Assembly (NCBI GenBank): GCA_964405925.1
Contig: CAYOQG010000004.1
Span: 1-52,668 of the forward strand
Direction: 5' to 3'
DNA from: an uncultured Phycisphaeraceae bacterium
GTDB taxonomy: Bacteria; Planctomycetota; Phycisphaerae; UBA1845
DNA: 52,668 nucleotides
Shown: positions 19,614 through 28,448 of the stretch, piece by piece
How positions within the stretch are numbered: position 1 is the stretch's first letter
Layout: each line of letters opens with the position of its first letter
Notes under the pieces: model-generated
Seen by the model: the letters and a program-made list of their open reading frames with translations, nothing else
Told to the model about the DNA's origin: nothing
Databases searched by the model: none
Position numbers and translations under genes: made by a program

Positions 19614-20231
19614 TCACCGCGTACGCGTGGTTGCCGATTCGGCGATTGCACGCGCATGTTCATGGTTATGCTCTAAACCGTGCATCCCGTGAGGAAGCGT
19701 TGCACCGTGATCCTTGTGTGCCTGTAGCTGCTCGCAATGATCCTCCAGGTCGTGCAGATGCTGTGTCATCGCCTCAACGTGCTGGGCGATGGCATGTGCA
19801 TGATCATGGTCATGCTCTGAACCGTGCATGCCGTGAGCGCCGGTCGCGCTACGATCCTCGTGCGGGCGCAGGTGCTCGCAATGATCCTCCACGTCGTGCA
19901 GATGCTGCGTCATCGCCTCGATGTGCTGGGCGATGGCATGCGCGTGATCAATGTCATGCTCTGAACCGTGCATCCCGTGTGCGAGCGTCGCGCTATGATC
20001 CTCGTGCGGGCGCAGGTGCTCGCAATGATCCTCCACGTCGTGCAGATGCTGCGTCATCGCCTCGATGTGCTGGCCGATGGCATGCGCGTGATCAATGTCA
20101 TGCTCTGAACCGTGCATCCCGTGAGCGACCTTCGCGTCGTGATCATCGTGCGTGTGCAGGTGGTTGTGATGTACGCTTTGCACGTTCTTGTACACTTTAC
20201 TTGTCTTCGACTCTCTAGTTTCCGATTCCAT
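19614..20231 (-). CDS. Histidine-rich tandem-repeat protein (putative metal-binding/storage)
   Basis: AAAGGAG RBS; 205 aa with 46 His; 3.5 copies of a 48-aa unit. Confidence 0.85.
   Translation of the reverse strand: MESETRESKTSKVYKNVQSVHHNHLHTHDDHDAKVAHGMHGSEHDIDHAHAIGQHIEAMTQHLHDVEDHCEHLRPHEDHSATLAHGMHGSEHDIDHAHAIAQHIEAMTQHLHDVEDHCEHLRPHEDRSATGAHGMHGSEHDHDHAHAIAQHVEAMTQHLHDLEDHCEQLQAHKDHGATLPHGMHGLEHNHEHARAIAESATTRTR
19641..20126 (-). repeat. Intragenic tandem repeat, about 3.5 x 144 nt
   Basis: ct(g/a)aaccgtgcat recurs at 19673, 19817, 19961 and 20105. Confidence 0.92.
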
Positions 20232-20321
20232 TTGCGTTCTCCTTTCACTTTTGATGGCACACCCCTCCAGCACCCAACGCTCCCCCTCGACCCGCTTGTC
20301 TGCGCAGTTCTAGATATCAAA

Positions 20322-20346
20322 GTCGCACGAGTGGAAAGAACGTGAC
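20322..20346 (-). promoter_or_regulatory. Candidate ECF-type promoter of the His-rich gene
   Basis: Minus strand GTCACG-N15-CGAC preceded by T-rich ATTTTCTTTAGATTT. Confidence 0.3.
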
Positions 20347-20529
20347 CGGAAATCTAAAGAAAATCTCGCCTACCCAGGAACAAGGGACAGGATGTGCGCC
20401 CAGGAGACAAACTGGGGGGGGCGCTGCGTATCCTTCCCCAACGCAAAAGGGGGACACATGTAATGCCGTACAGTCGTTTGGGTGCCCCCGAGTCCCTCCC
20501 TGAGAGGAACGGGACCTGCCCGATTGCCG

Positions 20530-22800
20530 CTAATCGAAGCTTCGGATGATCTCGCTGGCCTTGGAGGTAGCGAGGTTGATGGCACCGAGGGCCTGGCTCG
20601 ATGCGGTGCGGATGACAAGGTCGTCCTCTTCCTGCGCGATTCGGACCAGCTCGGTCACCTGATTGTCCTCCAGTTGATGGCCGAAGTTCTTCGCTGATTC
20701 GGCAAGAGAGCCAAAAGCGGCAATACGAAGCGATCTCGTGTTGCCATCATCCAAAGCGACGTGAGCGATCGCCCGTTGGGCCGTCGGGGTAGGCATCAAC
20801 GCGAGAACGGAGGCGGCCAGCACCTGCAAACGCTCTTCATCGGCCGACAGGGCGCTGATTAACGCCGGCTCAGCGACGGCCAGTTCGTATACGGTTCGTC
20901 CGTCCACCGCGATTCGTCTCAGCGTTTCCCCTGCCTCAAGAGCCATCGCAAGGGCCGTATCCTCGGCCAGCGGTGTGGGACCCGCACGATCGAGGGCACG
21001 CTCGAACGCCGCGATCAGCGCGGCTTCATCCGTCGCGGCGTCGACCGTTTCGACATAGGGGTCCAGTTGCGACAGCTCTTGTGCCGTTAGGAACTGACCC
21101 GGCGTGACCATCACGACGACAGGCGTCTTCGAGTAGATGAACTCTCCGCGCAATCTGGCCAACGCTTCACCAAGTCCCGGCTCAACGAGATCGGTTGACA
21201 CGAAGATGCCCGTGAGCGCCTGCAGCTCAGTCCGTGCACGTTCCAGAGCCCGGAAGAAGCTTGTGTCGCCGACCACATCGCGGTCACCGTTACGTAGCGT
21301 GCCAACCACGCGGTTCATGTTCGATTCGTCAGGATCGACGACGATCACCTGCTGGCGACCCGATAGTGTCAGGGCACCCGCCAGCACAGGCATGACGTTC
21401 TGCGATCCAACGAACTGCGACTTGGGCAGAGCAGCCCCAAGGGCTAAGGCGGCGCGAATCCGCACCACCAGATCAGGAAAGTGCAACGCCAAAACGAGCG
21501 GCTGCTTGTAGTCCTCCGTCCCAACCAGGGATGCCTCGCCCGCGGTAACCCGTAACGCCTCGATCGCGCCAAGGGCCACCGCCGAATCATGATCACGAAC
21601 CGCGCGCTCGAGTACCAGGTGTGCATAGCGCGGGCCGGCTGCTTGAGTGAAATAAAGGGCTCTCGGAAAAACGTCTGGACGTGTGCTGTCCGTCTCACCC
21701 GTTTCGTCCGGATCGCCGCTCTCGACGTTCATGCCTAGTCGGCTCTCGCGCCGAATATCGGAGGCAAGCCACAAGGCCATCGCCTTCACGTGATCGTTGC
21801 GAAGCCGCAGGGCTTCTTGACAACACCGCATGGCCATCACCTGGCCGAAGATCCGCTGCTGCACCGCGACCCGCGCCAGCGCCCGCTCAGTCTCATCCCA
21901 ATACCACACGTTGGCTTCGTCCAATCGCGGGTCCGCCCGGACGGCATCGTCCTCGTTGTAATATCGTTCCCCAAGCTGAAAGAAGAGGTCCTCGGGTGAG
22001 CCGGGGAAGGTCCGGCCGGCGATTTGCCCGATGCGCTCGATGGCGGCAGCCGCAGCCACCCTCGTGGTCTCGGGCATGTTCGGGTCGACCGCGAGTTCCT
22101 TCAAATAGGGAACCGCTTGCGAATAACCGATCTCGCCGAGTGCACGAATAATGTGCAGCCGAACGTCGTTGTCCTGCATGGACAGAGCCATAATAAGCGA
22201 GCTGACGGCCGGTTTACCGAGCATGGGGAGGGCGTTGACGATCCGTGGTCGAAGCTCTGATCTGGATGCATCCAGCAGCGCACCCACAATCGGCGGGATC
22301 GCGTATTCACCCGACTCAATGAGATTCCGAATGGCGATGTATTCCTGCTGCGGGTCGCCGCCCAAGAGCTTGATGTTGGCCGCGATTCGCTCGGGTGATT
22401 GGCGTTTCTCATGCTCACCCTTCTGAATCAGGTCCAGCACGCGAGCGGCGTTCTCGCTGATCGACGAGTTCTTGATCAGCACGAACAACGTCTCGATAGC
22501 CTTCGCGTCTTCGTTGGCCACTTCGAGGATCTTGATCGGATCGAGCTCGGGATGTGCAAGCAAGGTTCGGGCGTAGGCGTCGGCCGCAGTGAAGCGACCG
22601 AGCCGGGCGTAGTGCAGAAAGTCGCGAAACAGTGACTCAACCGTTGCGTCGGCGGGGACCCGAATCTCCGCGCTTGCATCCGTCGCCCCTGTTGGCTGAG
22701 CCAGGGCAGAAGTACGGAACATACCCAACGCCATCACCGCGCCAAGCACAAGGCCAGCGAGGCAGTGAGAGCCTCTTACATTTCGTGAGCTGGTGTGCAT
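20530..22800 (-). CDS. Secreted/periplasmic HEAT-repeat protein with receiver-like segment
   Basis: Signal peptide (ALA-Q); HEAT/PBS repeats (DVRLHIIRALGEIG, VVRIRAALALG, IRTASSQALG); VIVVDPD receiver-like start; GGAGGT RBS. Confidence 0.82.
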   Translation of the reverse strand: MHTSSRNVRGSHCLAGLVLGAVMALGMFRTSALAQPTGATDASAEIRVPADATVESLFRDFLHYARLGRFTAADAYARTLLAHPELDPIKILEVANEDAKAIETLFVLIKNSSISENAARVLDLIQKGEHEKRQSPERIAANIKLLGGDPQQEYIAIRNLIESGEYAIPPIVGALLDASRSELRPRIVNALPMLGKPAVSSLIMALSMQDNDVRLHIIRALGEIGYSQAVPYLKELAVDPNMPETTRVAAAAAIERIGQIAGRTFPGSPEDLFFQLGERYYNEDDAVRADPRLDEANVWYWDETERALARVAVQQRIFGQVMAMRCCQEALRLRNDHVKAMALWLASDIRRESRLGMNVESGDPDETGETDSTRPDVFPRALYFTQAAGPRYAHLVLERAVRDHDSAVALGAIEALRVTAGEASLVGTEDYKQPLVLALHFPDLVVRIRAALALGAALPKSQFVGSQNVMPVLAGALTLSGRQQVIVVDPDESNMNRVVGTLRNGDRDVVGDTSFFRALERARTELQALTGIFVSTDLVEPGLGEALARLRGEFIYSKTPVVVMVTPGQFLTAQELSQLDPYVETVDAATDEAALIAAFERALDRAGPTPLAEDTALAMALEAGETLRRIAVDGRTVYELAVAEPALISALSADEERLQVLAASVLALMPTPTAQRAIAHVALDDGNTRSLRIAAFGSLAESAKNFGHQLEDNQVTELVRIAQEEDDLVIRTASSQALGAINLATSKASEIIRSFD

Positions 22801-23529
22801 CGATACCTCCCGATTGAATCCTGCGGGAAAACCCGCCCGGGCCAGGAAAGAATCTCACAATCGTTCGCGTCCCCCGTGCGTTGAACGCAAACCGCGGGTT
22901 GGTAGCCCAAGGGGAGTGTGCTTCACAATAAGCCCGCCGACGCATCGGGCGCCGCACAATCGGGCGCTACACCCCCTTGTGATTGCTTGTTCAGCGGCTG
23001 CAAGTATAGGAAGTGCGAACCGACCGTCAACGGACGATTGCAGTTGCCAGCGCTGGTAGCAAAGCTTGCCCTACCTGCCGTGTAACCGCTGCACCGTCGC
23101 TGCCCTGCATGAGCGAAGACGTGCAACCTTCCGCTGTCGACGCGTCAAATATTCTGCAGGATCGCGATGCTTCCGGCGGCGGTGACACCCAGAAGGACGG
23201 TCTGCAGAAAATCGTTTAAGACGCTGCAACTGGTGACTTGCAGGAGAATCAGACCGGGAGCCAGGAGCTTCAAAGCGCGGGTAAGCTGCTGCCCTCTCAT
23301 TGATGCACTCCGTTGAATCTAGGTGGATAGCGGGAACCTCGGACGCGACCACGCCGACCGCGTTACCCCGGTTCCTGTCCGAAACAGTGTATGGACGGGG
23401 CGTCGACGGTCAATCAGGGGCCCGCCATATCGATGCGCAAATGGTCGAACCCGACACGACCTGATAAGCTCTTGGTAAACGCGTCCGCGGTGTCTGGCGA
23501 TCCCCGCGGCGACGGACGCGGCAGACGAG

Positions 23530-24198
23530 ATGAGCACCGAAACACCCATTGTCTCAAGAACGCTCTGGGCCCGCTACGGCAAGCGGGCGTTCGACGTGGT
23601 CGTAGCCGGCCTCTTGCTGCTGGCCCTGTCACCGGTTCTCATCCTGGCTGTGCTGGCCGTGAAGCTAACCAGCCCGGGGCCATTGTTCTTCACGCAGGAC
23701 CGGGCTGGTAGGAACGGAACGGTCTTCCAAGTCCTCAAGTTTCGCACCATGCGCGGGGGACGCCGACCCGATCCCAAGGAGCTCGTGCCGCTCGATCATC
23801 CCGAGATCACGCGCATGGGGTGGGTCCTGCGTCGGTTCAAGATCGACGAGTTGCCGCAACTGTTGAACGTGATCAAGGGGGAGATGTCACTGATCGGTCC
23901 GCGACCCACGCTGCCAGACCAGGCGGAAGGCTACGACGACTTCCGGCGTCAGAGACTGCTCGTTCGGCCCGGTGTGACGGGTCTCGCCCAGGTCAACGGC
24001 AACACCGCCGTCCCATGGGACGAACGAATCCTATTCGACATCGCCTACGTCCGTCGCTGTAGCCTACTCATGGACGTTGGGATCCTGTTGCGAACGGTCT
24101 GGGTTGTCCTCGCCGGCGAGGGACGAACGACCAGAGCCTTCGACTCTACGCGATACGCTCGATACGTGACCCCGCCCGAGGGGTACTCGATGTCATGA
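23530..24198 (+). CDS. Bacterial sugar transferase (PglC/WbaP-type phosphoglycosyltransferase)
   Basis: KRAFD, KFRTM, DELPQL, GEMSLIGPRP, PGVTGLAQVNG. Confidence 0.93.
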   Translation: MSTETPIVSRTLWARYGKRAFDVVVAGLLLLALSPVLILAVLAVKLTSPGPLFFTQDRAGRNGTVFQVLKFRTMRGGRRPDPKELVPLDHPEITRMGWVLRRFKIDELPQLLNVIKGEMSLIGPRPTLPDQAEGYDDFRRQRLLVRPGVTGLAQVNGNTAVPWDERILFDIAYVRRCSLLMDVGILLRTVWVVLAGEGRTTRAFDSTRYARYVTPPEGYSMS

Positions 24199-24569
24199 AG
24201 TGCTTCAATCATCCCCAGATCGATGCCGTTGGGCTTTGCACAGCCTGCAACCGTGGATTGTATGCTGATTGCGCAGTGGACATGGAACGGGGCTTGGCCT
24301 GCAAGGATCGCTGTGAGCACGAGGTGCGTCGGCTGCTCGATCTGCGTGATTTTGGCTTCACCCAGCCGCATCAGCAGGAGACCAAGGTCAGGCAGATGTC
24401 CGCAGGTCGGGCCCGCGCGGTTCTCATCAATGTTATCCTCGCGATCCTGGCGGCCTTCACCGGGCGAGCCAAAATCCGCACCGATCAGTTCCGGCTTTGC
24501 CCTAAGTGTGGATACAACGTGACGGGCAACACGAGTGGGAAGTGTCCGGAATGCGGTTATCTTGTCTGA
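24195..24569 (+). CDS. Small membrane protein with N-terminal B-box-like and C-terminal zinc-ribbon motifs
   Basis: MKCFNHP..AVGLCTAC.RGL..DC; one TM; CPKCGYNVTG...CPECG; ATGA overlap with the upstream gene. Confidence 0.75.
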   Translation: MKCFNHPQIDAVGLCTACNRGLYADCAVDMERGLACKDRCEHEVRRLLDLRDFGFTQPHQQETKVRQMSAGRARAVLINVILAILAAFTGRAKIRTDQFRLCPKCGYNVTGNTSGKCPECGYLV

Positions 24570-24654
24570 TCTCGCAAAATGGCAGAGACGTGATCCCTCC
24601 AGGTGCGAGATTCGCGTGTGCGGATGTCATAGATGCTTGTAAATCCGCACGGTC

Positions 24655-24760
24655 TAGAGCGAATCCCGTTTTCGTGGACCGGTCGACCCCCCTCTTTCCC
24701 CCCTTGGCAAGGGGGGATTACAGGGGGGTGCTGCGGCACGCATTTTCGAGAACCGCTCTA
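24655..24760. mobile_element. MITE-like element (about 106 bp) with TAGAGCG/CGCTCTA ends and nested internal hairpin
   Basis: Inverted termini begin and end with TA; internal ACCCCCCT..TCCCCCCTT-GGC-AAGGGGGGA..AGGGGGGT. Confidence 0.6.
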
Positions 24761-24793
24761 AAGCCTGCAGCTCCGAATAATGTCAGACTCTTG

Positions 24794-25585
24794 TCAGTGT
24801 GTGTGCGGGGCTTCCTGGTACTGGGCACGGGCTGGTTTGGACATCAGCAGTGGGAAGACGATGTCGCTCACGCAGCACGGCACCATGACCGCAAGCACGA
24901 CAAAGAGGAAGATCTGGCCGAGATCATCAATCCACGCGATCAGCCCCAGCGGGCCGACCATGTAGAAAATGCTGGCCATCGTCGAGGCGAGCACGTGCAG
25001 CGAGTGCGAGACGATCGTGCTGTTGATGACACTACTGCTGGCAGCCACACCAACCATCACACCGACAACCGCAAACGGAATGACCAGCCCCGGATGCTCA
25101 TAGACGCATATATGCCAGTGGGCCCTGACCCCCAGAATCAACAGAGACACGTGCGGCATGACGATATCGCTGACGCCGCAGACACCGATGGCTCCGATCA
25201 GCCCGATCACGACGGCTTTGGCAATCTTCCTCTCATACCGACAGAACATGGCTGCGGTGGCCATCGCGGAGAACAACATGTGCGCCGGATGGAACAGGTG
25301 GAAGAACAACTGTGCTGGCTGGTGGGCGCCATCGGGCTCTGGGTGCTCGGTGCCGGCGACAACTTCCAGGCCGTGCTCGCCCGCCATGCTGAAAACACAG
25401 ATCGTGCCCGCCGCGATGAGCCCCATCGCCACCGCGGCTACGGAGAAAGGAATGTGCTCGCGAAGCTCGAAGAGCAGCGCCGACGCCCTCGGGCCGTGCA
25501 AATAGTCGCGTCGATGTGGGTGGCTATGGCGCAGGTCGTGATCATCGTTGTGGTCGTGGTCGTTATTGTCGTGATGCTCGGACAC
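24794..25585 (-). CDS. Multi-pass membrane protein with His-rich N-terminus (putative metal permease)
   Basis: SEHHDNNDHDHNDDHDLRHSHPH; about 6-7 TM segments with intramembrane H/C/D (FHLFHPAH, CGVSD, HSLHV, PCCVSD); start GTG 25585 or 25621. Confidence 0.8.
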   Translation of the reverse strand: MSEHHDNNDHDHNDDHDLRHSHPHRRDYLHGPRASALLFELREHIPFSVAAVAMGLIAAGTICVFSMAGEHGLEVVAGTEHPEPDGAHQPAQLFFHLFHPAHMLFSAMATAAMFCRYERKIAKAVVIGLIGAIGVCGVSDIVMPHVSLLILGVRAHWHICVYEHPGLVIPFAVVGVMVGVAASSSVINSTIVSHSLHVLASTMASIFYMVGPLGLIAWIDDLGQIFLFVVLAVMVPCCVSDIVFPLLMSKPARAQYQEAPHTH

Positions 25586-25695
25586 GTTACGGTTCCTGCC
25601 GTTGCCGCGCCAATCTCCCACGCCCCCGGATTATTCTGATTGGCGGCGTCAACGCAATTGCCTATCTCAGAGTGGTGGGTGAACATGCCCTTTCA

Positions 25696-25759
25696 GAGCC
25701 GCGCCCGTCAGGAAGCGGGTGTCGTCCGCGGTGAGATCGCTCCCTCACGGTTGCGGCTC
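25696..25759. repeat. REP-like inverted-repeat doublet
   Basis: GAGCCGCGCCCGTCAGGAAGCG ... CGCTCCCTCACGGTTGCGGCTC (18/22 complementary). Confidence 0.7.
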
Positions 25760-25928
25760 GGTTTACAGAGGCGAATTCCCACGCGCGTTCTGGATACGGT
25801 TCAAACATCAGCAGCGATCTCCTGCTGACTGGCGGAGGCGGTTGCTGTTGTGGCGGCTGCCTCGGTCAGTCTGTTGGGGTATAATGGACGAGGCGGTTAC
25901 GCTTCGGACCCCAAGGAGATCATGACCT

Positions 25929-27062
25929 ATGTCCGCATCCGTCCGATTGAAAGAGCTTCTGGCCGACAACACCATGCCGGCTGCGCCACAGTTGGTAGTA
26001 CGCGAGCAGGGGGGCCGAGTTCGGTGCCTCGCCTGTGCTCATCGATGCTCGATCCTTCCAGGTCGAACCGGTGTCTGCCGCGTTCGGTTCAACGTTAACG
26101 GCGAGCTTCGGGTCCCTGGCGGGTACGTAGCCGGTGCAGCCATCGACCCCATCGAGAAAAAGCCGTTCTATCACGCCTTCCCGGGCCGGGACGCTCTTTC
26201 TTTTGGCATGTTGGGTTGTGATTTGCATTGCAGCTTCTGTCAAAACTGGGTGACCAGCCAGGCTCTCCGCGACGACTCAGCCATCGCCCGGCCGAGCTTC
26301 TGCACGGCAGAGGGGCTGGTCGAGGTGGCGGTAAAGCAGCAGGTCCCGGTCATCGTCAGTACCTACAACGAGCCTTTGATCACCGCCGACTGGGCCGTCG
26401 AGATCTTCAAGCTCGCCAACGCGGAGGGGATTCGCTGTGGCTTCGTCAGCAACGGTACCGCGACGCCGGAGGTGCTTGAGTTCCTCCGGCCCTGGGTTGA
26501 CCTGTACAAGGTCGACTTAAAAAGCTTCAGCGATCGACATTATCGCGAGCTTGGTGGTGTGCTGGATAATGTGCTGGAGGCGATCAAGCTGCTGTGGAAG
26601 ATGGAGTTCTGGGTCGAGATCGTGACACTCGTCGTGCCCACGTTCAACGATAGTGACGAGGAGCTCAAGCAGATCGCCGAATTCATTGCCAGTGTCTCCT
26701 GTGACACGCCGTGGCACGTAACAGCATTTCATCCCGATTACAGGATGACCGACCCGCCGCGAACGCCGACGAAGACGCTCGTCAAAGCCTACGACATCGG
26801 CAAGGCTGCCGGTTTGAAATACGTCTATCCTGGTAATCTCGCAGGTGGCATCGGCAAACGGGAGAACACGTACTGCCCGTCATGTGAGAAGCTCCTGATC
26901 CGCCGCCGCGGCTTCTTCGTCGAGGAAAACCGCATGAAGGGTGGCAACTGCCCCTTCTGCAACGAAACCATCGCCGGCGTCTGGGAAGACAGCCCCCCCG
27001 GCCAGACCACCGGTTCGGGCACGCCGCTACCGGTGGTGATTCCTGAAAGCCCGTGCGGTTAG
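25929..27062 (+). CDS. amrS: AmmeMemoRadiSam system radical SAM enzyme
   Basis: CLACAHRC..GVCRVR, DPIEKKPFYH, GCDLHCSFCQNW, TYNEP, WHVTAFHPDY, C-terminal CxxC..CxxC; TATAAT at 25880 and AAGGAG RBS. Confidence 0.93.
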   Translation: MSASVRLKELLADNTMPAAPQLVVREQGGRVRCLACAHRCSILPGRTGVCRVRFNVNGELRVPGGYVAGAAIDPIEKKPFYHAFPGRDALSFGMLGCDLHCSFCQNWVTSQALRDDSAIARPSFCTAEGLVEVAVKQQVPVIVSTYNEPLITADWAVEIFKLANAEGIRCGFVSNGTATPEVLEFLRPWVDLYKVDLKSFSDRHYRELGGVLDNVLEAIKLLWKMEFWVEIVTLVVPTFNDSDEELKQIAEFIASVSCDTPWHVTAFHPDYRMTDPPRTPTKTLVKAYDIGKAAGLKYVYPGNLAGGIGKRENTYCPSCEKLLIRRRGFFVEENRMKGGNCPFCNETIAGVWEDSPPGQTTGSGTPLPVVIPESPCG

Positions 27063-27279
27063 CGAGGGGGGAGTACGACTGCAAGAAGTGAGATCTCCGC
27101 CTGCCCCGAACATCCGGGATCTGCCCCACCTTGACCCTGCCCTTCCCTGGTCGTAGGGTACCATCCTCGCGTGTCGGCCTTCGCACGTAACGGATGTGCG
27201 GCCAATGAGGGCCCCGTGCGGCCGCACGCGAGGCGGCACATGGTGCCGCGTTTCTCAAACCGATCGGGAGTCTTCAACG

Positions 27280-28305
27280 ATGGCTGTACGAGTTGGCATT
27301 AACGGTTTTGGCCGGATTGGCCGGCTGGTGCTTCGGGTGATGGTTCAGCGGCCGCAAGACTTCGAGGTCATGGCGATCAACGACCTCAGCGACGCCGCGA
27401 CGCTTCGACATCTGCTCAGGTACGACTCGGTCCACGGTCGCTTCCCTGGCACCGTCGAGTCCACGGGCAATGCCTTGATGATCAACGGGCGGGAGGTCAA
27501 GGTCTTCAATGAGAAGGCGCCAGCCAAGTTGCCCTGGCGCAGTCTGGGCATCGACGTCGCCCTCGAATCCACCGGGGTGTTTTCCAAGCGTCAAAGCGAG
27601 AAGGGTGGGTACGGCGACCACCTGACCGCCGGTGCAAAGAAGGTCGTCCTAAGTGCACCTGCCAAGGACGAGCCCGACCTGACCGTGGTGCTCGGTGTTA
27701 ACGACAACCAGCTCAATGCATCCCACACGTGCATCTCCAACGCGAGTTGTACGACCAACTGCCTCGCGCCGATGGCAAAGGTGCTCCATGAATCTTTCGG
27801 GATCGTTGAAGGCTTGATGACCACGATCCACGCATACACCAACGATCAGCGCGTGTCGGACCTCTTGCACAAGGACATGCGTCGGGCCCGGGCAGCCGCC
27901 GTGAATATTATTCCAACGACGACCGGTGCGGCGAGGGCCGTCGGCAAGGTGATCCCCGACCTGAATGGCAAGCTGAACGGTTTTGCCCTTCGCGTGCCTG
28001 TGGCTGACGGTTCTGCCGTTGATCTTGTCGCGACGCTGAAGAAATCTGCGACAGTGGAGCAGATCAACGCTGCCTTGAAGACCGCCGCCGAGGGACAGCT
28101 CAAGGGTATCCTCGAGTACAGCGAGGATCCGCTGGTCAGCTCGGACATCATCGGCAACCCCCACAGCTCGATCATCGACGGTCTGAGCACCATGACCATG
28201 CCCGCCAACGGTGGGAAGATGGTCAAGGTCGTCTCGTGGTACGACAACGAGTGGGGGTACGCAGCCCGGACGGCGGATCTTATTGCCAAAATGGCGGCAC
28301 TGTAG
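27280..28305 (+). CDS. gap: Type I glyceraldehyde-3-phosphate dehydrogenase
   Basis: [30 protein letters not shown]. Confidence 0.97.
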   Translation: MAVRVGINGFGRIGRLVLRVMVQRPQDFEVMAINDLSDAATLRHLLRYDSVHGRFPGTVESTGNALMINGREVKVFNEKAPAKLPWRSLGIDVALESTGVFSKRQSEKGGYGDHLTAGAKKVVLSAPAKDEPDLTVVLGVNDNQLNASHTCISNASCTTNCLAPMAKVLHESFGIVEGLMTTIHAYTNDQRVSDLLHKDMRRARAAAVNIIPTTTGAARAVGKVIPDLNGKLNGFALRVPVADGSAVDLVATLKKSATVEQINAALKTAAEGQLKGILEYSEDPLVSSDIIGNPHSSIIDGLSTMTMPANGGKMVKVVSWYDNEWGYAARTADLIAKMAAL

Positions 28306-28400
28306 GCATGCACGGAGAATCACGGGTCCACCTGATGGCGGACCCGTGCCACTCGACAGGTCTGCCAATGGGCGGAAGTATGGCACCCAAGTGCAGCATT

Positions 28401-28425
28401 CGCGCAGACTGAAGCCCGCGGCTCG
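28401..28425. repeat. Single REP-like imperfect palindrome between gap and pgk
   Basis: CGCGCAGACTGAAGCCCGCGGCTCG; similar to the interrupted copy at 24645-24774. Confidence 0.5.
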
Positions 28426-28448
28426 GACGGATTCGCTGAGATTCCTTG

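Noticed and set aside
19641-20126. Tandem repeats here and at 15315-16715 as CRISPR arrays
   Set aside because: In-frame coding repeats with no unique spacers and no cas genes
19493-20218. 241-aa plus-strand ORF with repeats
   Set aside because: Antisense shadow of the His-rich gene; R/A-rich with no RBS, whereas the minus-strand gene has a strong RBS
22801-23529. 730-nt intergenic region as ncRNA or small genes
   Set aside because: Only short hairpins and ORFs without RBS or motifs; explained as a divergent promoter region
24506-25639. 377-aa plus-strand ORF
   Set aside because: Antisense to the His-rich permease and runs through the MITE-like element
28381-28395. sigma54 promoter TGGCACCCAAGTGCA before pgk
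   Set aside because: GG-to-GC spacing is 9 nt instead of the obligatory 10
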